A DNA stretch of 64,000 nt. Origin: Eubacterium sp. Lineage in GTDB: Bacteria > Bacillota > Clostridia > Peptostreptococcales > Anaerovoracaceae. The stretch spans positions 6,944 through 70,943 of the forward strand of contig JAXFOY010000019.1 of the NCBI GenBank assembly GCA_034180045.1, written 5' to 3'. Under the pieces are notes generated by a model, which worked only from the letters and a program-made list of their open reading frames with translations, was not told the DNA's origin and made no database searches. Shown one piece after another: positions 50,854-60,950 of this stretch. The position numbers and the translations under genes were made by a program. The number at the start of each line of letters is the position of its first letter. The stretch's first letter is position 1.

Positions 50854-51892
50854 GAGCGATGTAAATATTCTCGGCGGTAAGCTCGAAATTCCGATAATTC
50901 AAGGCGGGATGGGAGTAGGCATCTCTATGGGAAGGCTTGCCGGGAATGTAGCTGCTTGCGGCGGAATGGGAGTAATCTCTACCGCTTTAATCGGCTTTCG
51001 GGAGGATGATTTTTACCAAAACCACGTAGAGGCGGATGTAAGAGCACTAAAAAAGGAGATACGGCTTGCTAAAAAGCTTTCCAAGGGTCGAGGAATGATT
51101 GCCATAAATGCCATGACCGTAACTACCGACTTTAGAGAGTGTATAGAAGCCGCCGTCGAAGAGGGAATAGACGCAATTATTTCAGGTGCGGGCTTGCCGC
51201 TTTCCTTACCGGAAATCACCAAGGGGAAAAATGTTCTTATCGCCCCGATAGTTTCCAGTGCTAAGGCAGCCTGTCTCATAGTCAAAAGTTGGTGCAGAAA
51301 TTACGACAGAAAGCCGGATTTTATAGTAGTAGAGGGTGCAGGTGCCGGAGGTCATCTCGGTTTTAAGAAAGATGAGCTCTTAGAACAAAGCAATATGCCG
51401 CTTGAAGAAATTGTCAGAGAAGTGGTAGAAAGCTGCCGTGGTATACCTGTATTTGCAGCCGGAGGTATATTTGACGCAAATGACATAAAAAAGGCTATTA
51501 GCTGGGGCGCAAAAGGAGTGCAGATAGGAACAAGGTTTATCGCAACGGATGAATGTGATGCGAGCAGGGGCTTTAAGCAGGTGATACTGAATGCGAAAAA
51601 GGATGATGTGAATATAATTCAAAGTCCGGTAGGGCTTCCGGGAAGAGCTGTGAATACGGAGCTTCTTAGGCAAATTAAGACCGATGGAAGAAAGCCGCCG
51701 AGTCGCTGCATAAATTGTATTTCGACATGTGACCCTAAAGTCACTCCTTACTGTATAAGCCGGGCTTTGATAGCCGCATTTTATGGAGATGAGAAAAACG
51801 GTCTTTTCTTCAGTGGAGAAAACTGCGAAAAGATTACGAAAATCGTGAGAGTAAAGGATTTGATGGAGGAACTTTCAAAAGGCTTTGAATAG
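50837..51892 (+). CDS. fabX: FabX/UfaA-like FMN and [4Fe-4S] acyl-ACP dehydrogenase/isomerase (nitronate monooxygenase family)
   Basis: QGGMGVGIS..LAGNVA, GAGLP, PIVSSAKA, VEG...GGHLGF, SPVG.PGRA, and C-x2-C-x3-C-x7-C (CINCISTC...YC); matches my recollection of H. pylori FabX. Confidence 0.75.
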   Translation: MNFVNKSDVNILGGKLEIPIIQGGMGVGISMGRLAGNVAACGGMGVISTALIGFREDDFYQNHVEADVRALKKEIRLAKKLSKGRGMIAINAMTVTTDFRECIEAAVEEGIDAIISGAGLPLSLPEITKGKNVLIAPIVSSAKAACLIVKSWCRNYDRKPDFIVVEGAGAGGHLGFKKDELLEQSNMPLEEIVREVVESCRGIPVFAAGGIFDANDIKKAISWGAKGVQIGTRFIATDECDASRGFKQVILNAKKDDVNIIQSPVGLPGRAVNTELLRQIKTDGRKPPSRCINCISTCDPKVTPYCISRALIAAFYGDEKNGLFFSGENCEKITKIVRVKDLMEELSKGFE

Positions 51893-51952
51893 CTTTTAAC
51901 ACTTCGCTTCATCTGTCAAAAATCTCAGGAGATAAAATTATGGGAGATAAAA

Positions 51953-52876
51953 ATGAAAACAGCTTTTTTGTTTGCCGGGCAAGGCAGTCAGACAGTCGGT
52001 ATGGGGAAAGACCTGTGCTCGGAATTTGATGAGTTTGTAAAAGTATTTGATAAGCTCAAACCTGAGCAGAAAAAACTTGCATTTGAGGGTGATTTTTTGG
52101 AACTATCCCAAACACGAAATACTCAGCCCATCTTGCTTGCATTTGGAATGGGAATTTTTGAGGTTTTGAGGGCAAACGGCATAAAACCCGACTTTGCAGC
52201 CGGTCTTAGCCTGGGAGAATATACGGCGCTGTGTGCTGCCGGAGTATTTGAATATGAGGATGCTCTTAATCTTGTTCAGTTTAGAGCAATGGAAATGGAA
52301 AAGGCTTCAAAGGGAATAACGGCAGGTATGTCAGCGGTTTTGGGCATTGATAAACCAAAATTGGAAGAATGCTGCAAACTTGCATCAAACAAAGATTCTA
52401 AGGCGGAAATCACAAACATAAACTGTCCCGGGCAAATAGTCATTTCCGGAGAAGCAAGTGCAGTTTCAGAAGCGTCAAAACTCGCCTTGGAGGCAGGAGC
52501 AAAGAGAGTGATTCCACTTTCCGTCTCAGGACCTTTTCATACTTCATATATGAAGCCTGTAGGCGATGCACTTTTGGAAAAGATGAAGGAAATAAACCTG
52601 CACAAAGAAGGCTTTCCCGTGCTGTTTAATTACAGCGGCAAAATGCGTGCGAACGATGAATCAATTTCGGAGCTTCTTTCAATGCAGGTGCAGTCCGGTG
52701 TCCTGATGGAAAAAATCATTAGAAATTTAGTTGAGCTTGGAGTTACAACCTTTGTTGAAATCGGACCGGGAAGTGCGCTTTCCGGATTTGTAAGAAAGGT
52801 AGACCGTTCACTAAAGACGATAAGTATTACAACAGCCGAAGAACTTTATGCGGCGATAAAAGAACTTAAAAGATAA
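51953..52876 (+). CDS. fabD: Malonyl-CoA:ACP transacylase
   Basis: FAGQGSQ, GLSLGEY, SGPFH, EIGPG. Confidence 0.95.
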   Translation: MKTAFLFAGQGSQTVGMGKDLCSEFDEFVKVFDKLKPEQKKLAFEGDFLELSQTRNTQPILLAFGMGIFEVLRANGIKPDFAAGLSLGEYTALCAAGVFEYEDALNLVQFRAMEMEKASKGITAGMSAVLGIDKPKLEECCKLASNKDSKAEITNINCPGQIVISGEASAVSEASKLALEAGAKRVIPLSVSGPFHTSYMKPVGDALLEKMKEINLHKEGFPVLFNYSGKMRANDESISELLSMQVQSGVLMEKIIRNLVELGVTTFVEIGPGSALSGFVRKVDRSLKTISITTAEELYAAIKELKR

Positions 52877-52887
52877 TTGGAGGAAAT

Positions 52888-53625
52888 ATGGAACAGAGAG
52901 TTGCGATTGTAACAGGTGCAGGTAGAGGAATCGGAAGGGCAACTGCGGTTGAGCTTGCGAAAAATAATGTTAATGTGCTAATAAACTATAACAGCAGCGA
53001 TGAAGCGGCCCGCGAAACCCAAAGACTCTGCGAGGCGGAGGGTGTTAAAGCGGTGCTTGCAAAAGGAGATGTTTCTTCTGAGCAGGATTGCAAAAAAATT
53101 GTTGAACTGGCTGTTGAAGAGTTCGGTAAGGTGGATATTCTCGTAAATAATGCCGGAATCACAAGAGACGGAATAGGCATAAGAATGAGTGCTGACGATT
53201 TTGACGCGGTTATAAAAACAAATCTTAATGGTCCCTTTTATATGATAAAAGCTGTTGCCGGGGTGATGATGAAAAAAAGGTACGGTAGAATCATCAATGT
53301 TTCTTCTGTTACAGGACTTGTAGGAAATGTAGGGCAGGCAAATTATGCAGCTGCCAAAGCAGGTGTTGTCGGCATGACAAAGACCTTTGCCAAAGAACTG
53401 GCATCGAGGGGAATTACCGTAAATGCCGTAGCTCCCGGATTTGTAACTACAGATATGACTAAGGCTATACCGGAAGAGGCTGCAAATAAGATGTTGGAAG
53501 CGGTTCCGCTGCGCAGATCAGGAAGAACAGAGGATATAGCAAAGGCAATAAATTTCTTGGCAAGCGACAATGCAAGCTATATAACAGGAGAAGTCCTGCG
53601 TGTTGACGGTGGGCTGGCAATTTAG
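52888..53625 (+). CDS. fabG: 3-oxoacyl-ACP reductase
   Basis: TGAGRGIG, NNAGITRD, GQANYAAAK. Confidence 0.95.
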   Translation: MEQRVAIVTGAGRGIGRATAVELAKNNVNVLINYNSSDEAARETQRLCEAEGVKAVLAKGDVSSEQDCKKIVELAVEEFGKVDILVNNAGITRDGIGIRMSADDFDAVIKTNLNGPFYMIKAVAGVMMKKRYGRIINVSSVTGLVGNVGQANYAAAKAGVVGMTKTFAKELASRGITVNAVAPGFVTTDMTKAIPEEAANKMLEAVPLRRSGRTEDIAKAINFLASDNASYITGEVLRVDGGLAI

Positions 53626-53634
53626 GAGGCTTTT

Positions 53635-54867
53635 ATGAAGAGAAGAGTTGTTATAACAGGTATGGGAGCAGTCTCTCCGATAGGAATAGGCAGCCAAAAT
53701 ATGTGGGAAAACGCAAAAAAAGGTAAGTTGGGCATAGATTTTATAACTCAGTTTGATACGAAAAATACAAAAGTTAAAATTGCCGGTGAGGTAAAGGATT
53801 TTGAGCCTACAAACATCATGGATAAGATGGAAGCGAGAAGAACCGCGAGATTTACGCAGTTTGCTCTATATGCGGCAGATGAAGCCTTCAGGCAGAGCGG
53901 ACTTGATATGTCAAAGGAAGATTCCCTAAGATTCGGTGTAAATGTTGCCAGCGGCATAGGCGGGCTTCCGGTAATTCAAAAAGAGTGTGCGAGAGGTGAA
54001 AAGCACGGTTATGACAGAGTTTCACCCCTATTTGTACCGTCGAGTATTATCAATATGGCAGCAGGTATGGTGGCAATCAGATTGGGATTCAAAGGCAGCT
54101 GCACCTGCGTTGTTACAGCCTGCGCCTCGGCATCGGATTCCATAGGTGCGGCATTTCACTACATAAGGGACGGATATGCCGACGTGATGGCATGCGGTGG
54201 AGCGGAGGGCTGTATTTCAGAGCTCGGAATTGGCGGCTTCACATCTATGAGAGCACTTTCGGGTTCAGATGAGCCTTCTCGTGCTTCAATACCGTTTGAC
54301 AAAGAACGCAGCGGTTTTGTGATGGGAGAGGGAAGCGGGATTTTGATTTTGGAGGAGTATGAGCATGCTGTAAATAGAGGCGCAAAAATACTTGGTGAGA
54401 TAGCAGGATACGGCTCAAGCTGTGATGCAAATCACATGACTGCACCTCTTGAAGATGGGACAGGCGCGGCAAATTGTATGCTGCTTGCTCTGAAAGATGC
54501 AGGAATAGAGCCTTTTGAAATCGGATATATCAACGCACACGGTACAGGTACGCCTCTAAATGACGCCGGAGAAACAAAGGCGGTAAAACTTGCTTTCAAA
54601 GACCATAGCTATAATTTATTAATGTCGTCGACAAAGTCAATGACAGGCCATCTTCTAGGCGCAAGCGGAGCGATAGAAGCGATAATGACTGTCAAATCTT
54701 TAGAAAGTCAATTTGCTCCTCCTACAATAGGATATAAGATCGCTGATGAAGATTGTGATTTGGAAATATGTGCGGGTCATGGCCGTGAGTACAAAAGCAA
54801 GTATGCAATGTCGAATTCTCTCGGTTTCGGCGGTCATAATGCGTCTTTGATTTTTAAGTCGGTTTAG
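53635..54867 (+). CDS. fabF: 3-oxoacyl-ACP synthase II
   Basis: TACAS, NAHGTGT, GHLLGA, NSLGFGGHN. Confidence 0.96.
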   Translation: MKRRVVITGMGAVSPIGIGSQNMWENAKKGKLGIDFITQFDTKNTKVKIAGEVKDFEPTNIMDKMEARRTARFTQFALYAADEAFRQSGLDMSKEDSLRFGVNVASGIGGLPVIQKECARGEKHGYDRVSPLFVPSSIINMAAGMVAIRLGFKGSCTCVVTACASASDSIGAAFHYIRDGYADVMACGGAEGCISELGIGGFTSMRALSGSDEPSRASIPFDKERSGFVMGEGSGILILEEYEHAVNRGAKILGEIAGYGSSCDANHMTAPLEDGTGAANCMLLALKDAGIEPFEIGYINAHGTGTPLNDAGETKAVKLAFKDHSYNLLMSSTKSMTGHLLGASGAIEAIMTVKSLESQFAPPTIGYKIADEDCDLEICAGHGREYKSKYAMSNSLGFGGHNASLIFKSV

Positions 54868-54888
54868 TGTAGAATATAGGAGAAAAAA

Positions 54889-55314
54889 ATGGTTCTAAAT
54901 TCAGAACAAATTAAAGAAATACTTCCCCATAGATATCCGTTTCTTCTAGTTGATAAGATTACGGAGATGGAACCCGGGAAGTTTGCCAAGGGTATTAAAT
55001 GCGTGTCGCAAAATGAAATGTATTTTCTCGGACATTTTCCGCAGAAAGCGGTTATGCCGGGCGTACTTATTCTCGAAGCTTTGGCACAGACCGGGGCTTG
55101 TGCGCTGCTTTGCACAGAGGAAAACAGAGGAAAGCTTGCTTTTTTTGGCGGAGTGAAAAATTGCCGCTTCAAAAGACAGGTAGTTCCGGGTGATTTATTG
55201 GAACTTGAGTGTGAGGTCATCAAGAGTCGCGGTAATGTCGGTTTCGGTAAAGTGATAGCGAGTGTAGATGGAGAGGTGGCTTGCAGTGGAGAGATTTCTT
55301 TTGCAATAGGATGA
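54889..55314 (+). CDS. fabZ: 3-hydroxyacyl-ACP dehydratase
   Basis: [15 protein letters not shown]...MPGVL..EALAQ. Confidence 0.96.
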   Translation: MVLNSEQIKEILPHRYPFLLVDKITEMEPGKFAKGIKCVSQNEMYFLGHFPQKAVMPGVLILEALAQTGACALLCTEENRGKLAFFGGVKNCRFKRQVVPGDLLELECEVIKSRGNVGFGKVIASVDGEVACSGEISFAIG

Positions 55315-55327
55315 TAGGAGAACATGG

Positions 55328-55801
55328 ATGCTGAAAGAAAATTTTTCTCGTGTTTACGACAAGTTTAAGTTACTGTTATATGGAAAGGCCTTCAATGATA
55401 ATTCAGAAGATGCTCTTTCTGCTTTTGAGGTGCTTTGCATGGAGATAATCATGGCTCTGAGAGCGCCTACAGTTAATGAATTTGCAGACGCGGCGCGCAT
55501 GTCATCACCTAATGCGACTTATAGAATAAATCGCTTGATAGAAAAGGGATATATCAAAAAAAAGCGCGGGAAAACGGATCGCAGAGAATTCTATCTTGAG
55601 GCTACAGAAAAATACTCTAAGTCATACGGTGTTGTATATGATTATATAGAACTTTTATGCAATCGCATTACCGAGCATTTTCCAAAAGAGGATGTCGAAA
55701 AATTCGATGAAGTTTTGGGAACTGTAGCTAATGAACTTACATTTGAGGTTGAAAGCTTTCATGATGTGGCATCAAAAAACGGTAATCTCAAAGCAAAATA
55801 A
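55328..55801 (+). CDS. MarR-family regulator closing the fab cluster
   Basis: Winged helix ...SPNATYRINRLIEKGYI......DRRE. Confidence 0.85.
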   Translation: MLKENFSRVYDKFKLLLYGKAFNDNSEDALSAFEVLCMEIIMALRAPTVNEFADAARMSSPNATYRINRLIEKGYIKKKRGKTDRREFYLEATEKYSKSYGVVYDYIELLCNRITEHFPKEDVEKFDEVLGTVANELTFEVESFHDVASKNGNLKAK

Positions 55802-55832
55802 TCACAAGTGAGAAATTATAAATAGAAATTTC

Positions 55833-55881
55833 AAGTGCACCACAAAAGCCGGATGTTGAACTGACTTTTGGAGGTGTACTT
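55833..55881. repeat. Degenerate inverted repeat resembling paired IS3/IS150 ends
   Basis: AAGTGCACCACAAAAGCCGG ... CTGACTTTTGGAGGTGTACTT imperfect arms. Confidence 0.45.
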
Positions 55882-55914
55882 TTTTGCGGAAAAACTGCCC
55901 GCACTTACAAAAGA

Positions 55915-55939
55915 AAACCACCCGCAAAGCGGGTGGTTT
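55915..55939. terminator. Bidirectional terminator hairpin
   Basis: AAACCACCCGC-aaa-GCGGGTGGTTT between convergent genes. Confidence 0.75.
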
Positions 55940-55951
55940 GGATTAATGAAG

Positions 55952-57427
55952 CTATTTAACCGAAAGTGCAACATCTTCAATAGGTGTGCTGCTTGCTTTT
56001 GAATATACCTTTACGATATAGAATACAAATACTATTGCAGCAAATGAAATACCTATGATATTTGAAATTGTTGAATCGATTCTGAAGCCTTCCTTTGCCT
56101 GTAGAATATAGGCAACTGTTACAGATGTCATATATGTAGCGGGAATTGAAGCAATCCAGCTTCCGACTTTGCTTCTATAGCGGCAGAGATAAACTGCTGC
56201 TGCCCAAAGAGCCATCATAGCCAGAGTTTGGTTTGACCATGAGAAATATCTCCAGATGACTGTGTAATCAAGCTTAGAAATACCGTAACCAAGCAAAAGC
56301 AGAGGTGCCGTCATGATGAGTCTCTTCTTGGTATCCTTTTGGTCAACCTTGAACCAGTCCGCAATTGTAAGTCTTGCGGAACGGAATGCCGTGTCACCTG
56401 ATGTAATAGGACATGCTATAACACCGACCATGGCAAGTATGCTTCCCACTCCGCCGAGAAGAACCTTGGACATCTCATAAACGGTGTTTGAATTTCCGCC
56501 CTTCATTGCGAGCAGAGCTTGCATACCTGTGCCGATACCATCTTTGTTGTAATAGAATGCGACACCGGCAGCTGCCCAAATTAGTGCAATTATTCCTTCT
56601 GCAACCATCGCTCCATAGAAAATTCTACGACCTTCTTTTTCTTTTTTCATACATCTAGCCATCATAGGTGACTGCGTTGCATGGAAGCCTGAGATAGCTC
56701 CGCAAGCTACGGTGATGAACATCAGAGGCCAGATTGGGAGCTTATCCTTTGCAGGATACATATTTTCGAAGTGGTCCCATATCTCAAGCATAGGTCTTTC
56801 GCCGGAGTTATAGATTGTTGCAGCACCGATGCCGACAGCCATGATGATTAGCGCAAGACCGAACAAAGGATAAATCTTACCTATAATTTTGTCAATCGGA
56901 AGAAGTGTAGCAAGGAAGTAGTAAACAAGAATTACTATAGTCCAGAACTGTACACCCAAAGCGCTTGGTGTCAAAAGAGCGATGAGCTGGGCAGGGCCTA
57001 CCATGAAGACAACACCGACCATTACGAGCAGTACTACTGAGAAAATTCTCATGATAAGTGCCATTACAGGGCCAAGATATTTACCGACTATCTCCGAGAT
57101 GGAAGCTCCGTTGTTTCTCTCTGAAAGCATTCCTGATAGGTAGTCATGTACACCACCTGCCAAAATAGTACCGAATACAATCCATAGATATACGACAGGT
57201 CCCCACATCGCACCCGAGATAGCTCCGAATATCGGACCGAGTCCCGCTATATTCAGCAGCTGGATAAGAAATGCACGACCTGTTGGCATTGGCACAAAGT
57301 CGATACCGTCCTCGTTTGCATAAGCGGCTGTTTGACGATCGTCAGGGCCGACAAGTCTTTCAACAACCTTTCCGTAGGTGAAATAGCCTGCAATTAGCAA
57401 TATAACACCCATAAAAAATGAAATCAT
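55952..57427 (-). CDS. cstA: Carbon starvation protein A family transporter
   Basis: IAGLGPIFG, GGVHDY, ACGAISGFHATQSP, ITSGDTAFRSAR, WRYF.W.NQ. Confidence 0.95.
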   Translation of the reverse strand: MISFFMGVILLIAGYFTYGKVVERLVGPDDRQTAAYANEDGIDFVPMPTGRAFLIQLLNIAGLGPIFGAISGAMWGPVVYLWIVFGTILAGGVHDYLSGMLSERNNGASISEIVGKYLGPVMALIMRIFSVVLLVMVGVVFMVGPAQLIALLTPSALGVQFWTIVILVYYFLATLLPIDKIIGKIYPLFGLALIIMAVGIGAATIYNSGERPMLEIWDHFENMYPAKDKLPIWPLMFITVACGAISGFHATQSPMMARCMKKEKEGRRIFYGAMVAEGIIALIWAAAGVAFYYNKDGIGTGMQALLAMKGGNSNTVYEMSKVLLGGVGSILAMVGVIACPITSGDTAFRSARLTIADWFKVDQKDTKKRLIMTAPLLLLGYGISKLDYTVIWRYFSWSNQTLAMMALWAAAVYLCRYRSKVGSWIASIPATYMTSVTVAYILQAKEGFRIDSTISNIIGISFAAIVFVFYIVKVYSKASSTPIEDVALSVK

Positions 57428-57791
57428 AAATTCCCTCCTTTTCTATTTTAATCAAATTAAAAATTAAAATATTCTAATATAATTATAAAGCCTAAACATA
57501 TTTTTTCAATTATGACATATGATATTGGAAATCCGATTTATCATTAAATATATTAGAAAAATTCATCGGAATTTCACTGATATATGGTGAATGTGAATAT
57601 CTTGTGTGAATGTGAAACGTCGGGCATTTACATTTAGTCAAATCGAAAGATATTACAAATCATAAAAGAAAAAAGTTATGGTATAATGAGAAAAACTCAT
57701 TTTATTACTACCCGAAGAGGTATTAATGAATCAGGAAAGTGATATTTTTGTTCATATAATAATCACAAAGAAAAAAATGAATCGGAGAAAC

Positions 57792-59093
57792 ATGTACAAA
57801 ACTGAAAAAAAGTCCTTCTACGACATAATTGTCATAGGAGGAGGTGCCGGCGGACTTATGGCGGCAGTAACAGCGGCAGCAAACGGAGCGAAGACGCTTT
57901 TGCTCGAAAAAAATGAAGTTCTTGGGAAAAAACTTTCGCTTACAGGCGGAGGCCGTTGTAACTTGACAAACTCGGCATCAAGAGCGGAACTTATGGAAAA
58001 CATACCTATAAATAATAAATTCCTATATAGCAGTCTTGCGCTATTTGATAATGAATCAATTATGAATTTTTTTATAGCAAATGGAGTTGATCTTAAATGT
58101 GAAGATGGCGGCAGGGTGTTTCCAGCTTCAGAAACATCGCTTGCGGTTATTGAACTGTTTATAAAAAAACTGAAACAGCATGGGGTAAGCGTGAAGACAA
58201 AGCAAACTGTTACGGAGGTACTGCCGGAAAATGGGGGGCTTTGCTGTGTAAAAACCGAAGGAGAGGAAATTTATTATGCAGCAAAAGTGATTATTGCCTG
58301 TGGAGGTAAATCATTTCCAAATACAGGCTCTACAGGGGATGGGTATGTTTTGTTATCAAACCTCGGGCATAAAATTAATCCGTTATATGCGGCGGAAGTT
58401 CCGATAAAATGTGCAGATATTCCATTCGATTCGCATGAGCTGATGGGACTTTCATTAAGCGATGCAGCGCTTAGTGTTTACAATGGCAAGAACAGGAAAA
58501 TTGTGACTCACAGGGGTGAATTGGTATTTACGCACTTTGGAATTTCAGGACCTATAGCGCTCAGATGCTCCGGATTTGTCAATAAAGTAAAGCAAGTGGA
58601 ATCTGCAAAATTTGTCGCTCTCAGTCTCGATTTATCACCTGATAAATCAAAGGCGGAAATTTTAAGCGAATGGATGATATGGACAAAGCAAAATCCCGAA
58701 AAAGAAATCAAGTCTTTGCTGAGGAATTTTGTTCCCGACAGATTTGCAAAAGTCATACTGAAAATATCGGATAAGGCTGAGAATTCAAGAGTCAAACAGC
58801 TAAACCCGCTTGATTTTGAGAAAATGGCGGATTACATTAAAGATTTTAAGTTGAAAGCGAGCGGAACCTTTCCCATTGAGCGGGCGTTTATAACGGCAGG
58901 CGGGGTTTCAACAAAGGAGATTAATCCCAAGACCATGGAATCCAAGCTGATACCGGGAATTTACATTTGCGGTGAGCTTTTGGATGTAAGCGGATATACG
59001 GGCGGCTACAATCTTACCATCGCATTTTCGACAGGATATACTGCCGGATTTTCCGCAGCAGGCACGCAGACAGAAAGGCTGACAGATGTATAG
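57792..59093 (+). CDS. HI0933/YhiN-family flavoprotein
   Basis: GGGAGGL, KLSLTGGGRCN, GRVFP, GSTGDGY, FTHFGISGP, TAGGV, GELLDV.GYTGGYNL. Confidence 0.93.
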   Translation: MYKTEKKSFYDIIVIGGGAGGLMAAVTAAANGAKTLLLEKNEVLGKKLSLTGGGRCNLTNSASRAELMENIPINNKFLYSSLALFDNESIMNFFIANGVDLKCEDGGRVFPASETSLAVIELFIKKLKQHGVSVKTKQTVTEVLPENGGLCCVKTEGEEIYYAAKVIIACGGKSFPNTGSTGDGYVLLSNLGHKINPLYAAEVPIKCADIPFDSHELMGLSLSDAALSVYNGKNRKIVTHRGELVFTHFGISGPIALRCSGFVNKVKQVESAKFVALSLDLSPDKSKAEILSEWMIWTKQNPEKEIKSLLRNFVPDRFAKVILKISDKAENSRVKQLNPLDFEKMADYIKDFKLKASGTFPIERAFITAGGVSTKEINPKTMESKLIPGIYICGELLDVSGYTGGYNLTIAFSTGYTAGFSAAGTQTERLTDV

Positions 59094-60663
59094 AATTAGT
59101 CAAATAAAATTGAACCTGGATGAATCAAAAGAACTGTTGCCGCAAAAAATAAAAAAGAAAATCGGTGACAAAACCGTTGATATTGTGAACTATAAAATCG
59201 TCAGAGAGTCAATCGATGCGAGAAACAAAATGCAAATAAAACTGGTGTATACGGTTGATTTTGATGTTCAGAGAAAAGCAGCGGGAAAGAGGAGTGAGAC
59301 AAAACCTGTACTTAAACTCAATCCTAAGATAAACCTTACAGAGGCTCCGGATATGAATTACAGGCAAGTTTCATCCGGTAATCTTGAGATGAAGCATAGA
59401 CCCGTAATTGCGGGATTCGGTCCTTGCGGTATGTTTTGTGCCCTTATTTTGGCGCAGCAAGGATATAAACCTATAGTTATAGAGCGAGGCAAGGCGGTTA
59501 ACGATAGAGTGGGTGATGTGAAGCGCTTTTGGAGTGAAGGGATTCTGGACACTGAGTCGAATGTGCAGTTCGGCGAAGGCGGTGCGGGGACCTTTTCGGA
59601 CGGAAAATTGACAACGGGAATCAAGGATACAAGAATACATAAAGTATTGAACGAATTTGTGGCGGCAGGAGCACCCGAAGAAATTTTGTATAAGCAAAAA
59701 CCACACATAGGAACAGATATGCTCAGAATTGTCGTGACGAATATACGCAAGCAAATTCAGTCTCTTGGCGGTGAGGTGAGATTCAGCAATAAGTTGGTGG
59801 GAATAGACTCATCGGACGGAATTTTGAAAGGTGTAAAAATAGAAGATGTTTTGAGCGGTGAAAGTTACAAGCTGGATACGGATATACTAGTGCTCGCCAT
59901 AGGTCACAGCGCAAGGGACACATTTAGATATGCGAAGAGCATAGGCATAGAAATGTCGCCGAAGCCCTTTTCTATAGGAGTGAGAATAGAGCATCCCCAG
60001 GAACTTATCGACACAGCACAGTATGGAGAAACCAAAGGACTGCCTCCGGCAGAGTATAAGCTTTCTCATCACTGCAAAAATGGCAGAGGAGTATATACTT
60101 TTTGCATGTGTCCGGGCGGTGAGGTGATTATTGCTTCTTCACAACAAGGCGGAGTTGTTACAAATGGAATGAGTAACCACAAAAGAGATAGCGGAGTGGC
60201 TAACAGCGGACTTCTTGTAGATGTGAGAATTTCCGATTTTGAAAGCTCAGATGTACTTGCAGGCGTGGAGTTTCAGGAAAAATATGAGAAGCTTGCGTAT
60301 ATAAATAATGGAAAAAGATTTGGACTGCCCACGACGACTTGGGGGGATTTCAGAGACGGAAAACCCGAGGCTCAAGCCGTTATAAAATCGCTGCCGGATT
60401 TTGCTGTGGAATCTATTCGAGAAGCCATGCCTTTTTTAGGAAAAAAGCTGAATGGATTCGATGACGATGAAGTCGTTATGAAAGCTGTAGAAACCAGAAG
60501 TTCATCTCCCGTAAGATTCTTTAGAGATGAAAACCTTCAGGGGAACATAAAAGGCTTTTTCCCGGCAGGTGAAGGGGCAGGATATGCAGGCGGTATAACC
60601 AGTGCGGCTTGTGACGGGATAAAGGTTGCGGAAAAGATAATTTTAGAGTTTAGTCCTAAATGA
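59086..60663 (+). CDS. Uncharacterised FAD-dependent dehydrogenase
   Basis: GFGPCG, ERG, QFGEGGAGTFSDGKL, HIGTD, FCMCPGG, GEGAGYAGGITSAA.DG. Confidence 0.88.
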   Translation: MYRISQIKLNLDESKELLPQKIKKKIGDKTVDIVNYKIVRESIDARNKMQIKLVYTVDFDVQRKAAGKRSETKPVLKLNPKINLTEAPDMNYRQVSSGNLEMKHRPVIAGFGPCGMFCALILAQQGYKPIVIERGKAVNDRVGDVKRFWSEGILDTESNVQFGEGGAGTFSDGKLTTGIKDTRIHKVLNEFVAAGAPEEILYKQKPHIGTDMLRIVVTNIRKQIQSLGGEVRFSNKLVGIDSSDGILKGVKIEDVLSGESYKLDTDILVLAIGHSARDTFRYAKSIGIEMSPKPFSIGVRIEHPQELIDTAQYGETKGLPPAEYKLSHHCKNGRGVYTFCMCPGGEVIIASSQQGGVVTNGMSNHKRDSGVANSGLLVDVRISDFESSDVLAGVEFQEKYEKLAYINNGKRFGLPTTTWGDFRDGKPEAQAVIKSLPDFAVESIREAMPFLGKKLNGFDDDEVVMKAVETRSSSPVRFFRDENLQGNIKGFFPAGEGAGYAGGITSAACDGIKVAEKIILEFSPK

Positions 60664-60780
60664 CAGCTTTGGCTCCAATTTTATTTTCACATGACTTTTC
60701 AAAGCTTCAGAAATCAGCTTTACATTAAATTGAACGGACATAGACCATCTCTTTTGAAGAACAAATGCGATAAGACTGAA

Positions 60781-60855
60781 AACTGTATATATAGAAAATA
60801 GCAAAAATGAAATATACAGTTAAAATAAAATATAAACATAGCGGAAACTGTATAT
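60781..60855. promoter_or_regulatory. Three 10-bp boxes (direct, inverted, direct)
   Basis: AACTGTATAT 60781-60790, ATATACAGTT 60812-60821, AACTGTATAT 60846-60855. Confidence 0.7.
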
Positions 60856-60950
60856 ATTAAAAAATGATATATTGCATATTTAATAAAATCAAAAAAATGA
60901 TAAAATATCCGATAGTGATATATTTGATTGCAGCAAAGGAGAGTATTTCA

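Noticed and set aside
60781-60855. LexA SOS boxes (CTGTATAT half-sites)
   Set aside because: The spacing is not CTGT-N8-ACAG, and Firmicute LexA uses GAAC-N4-GTTC.
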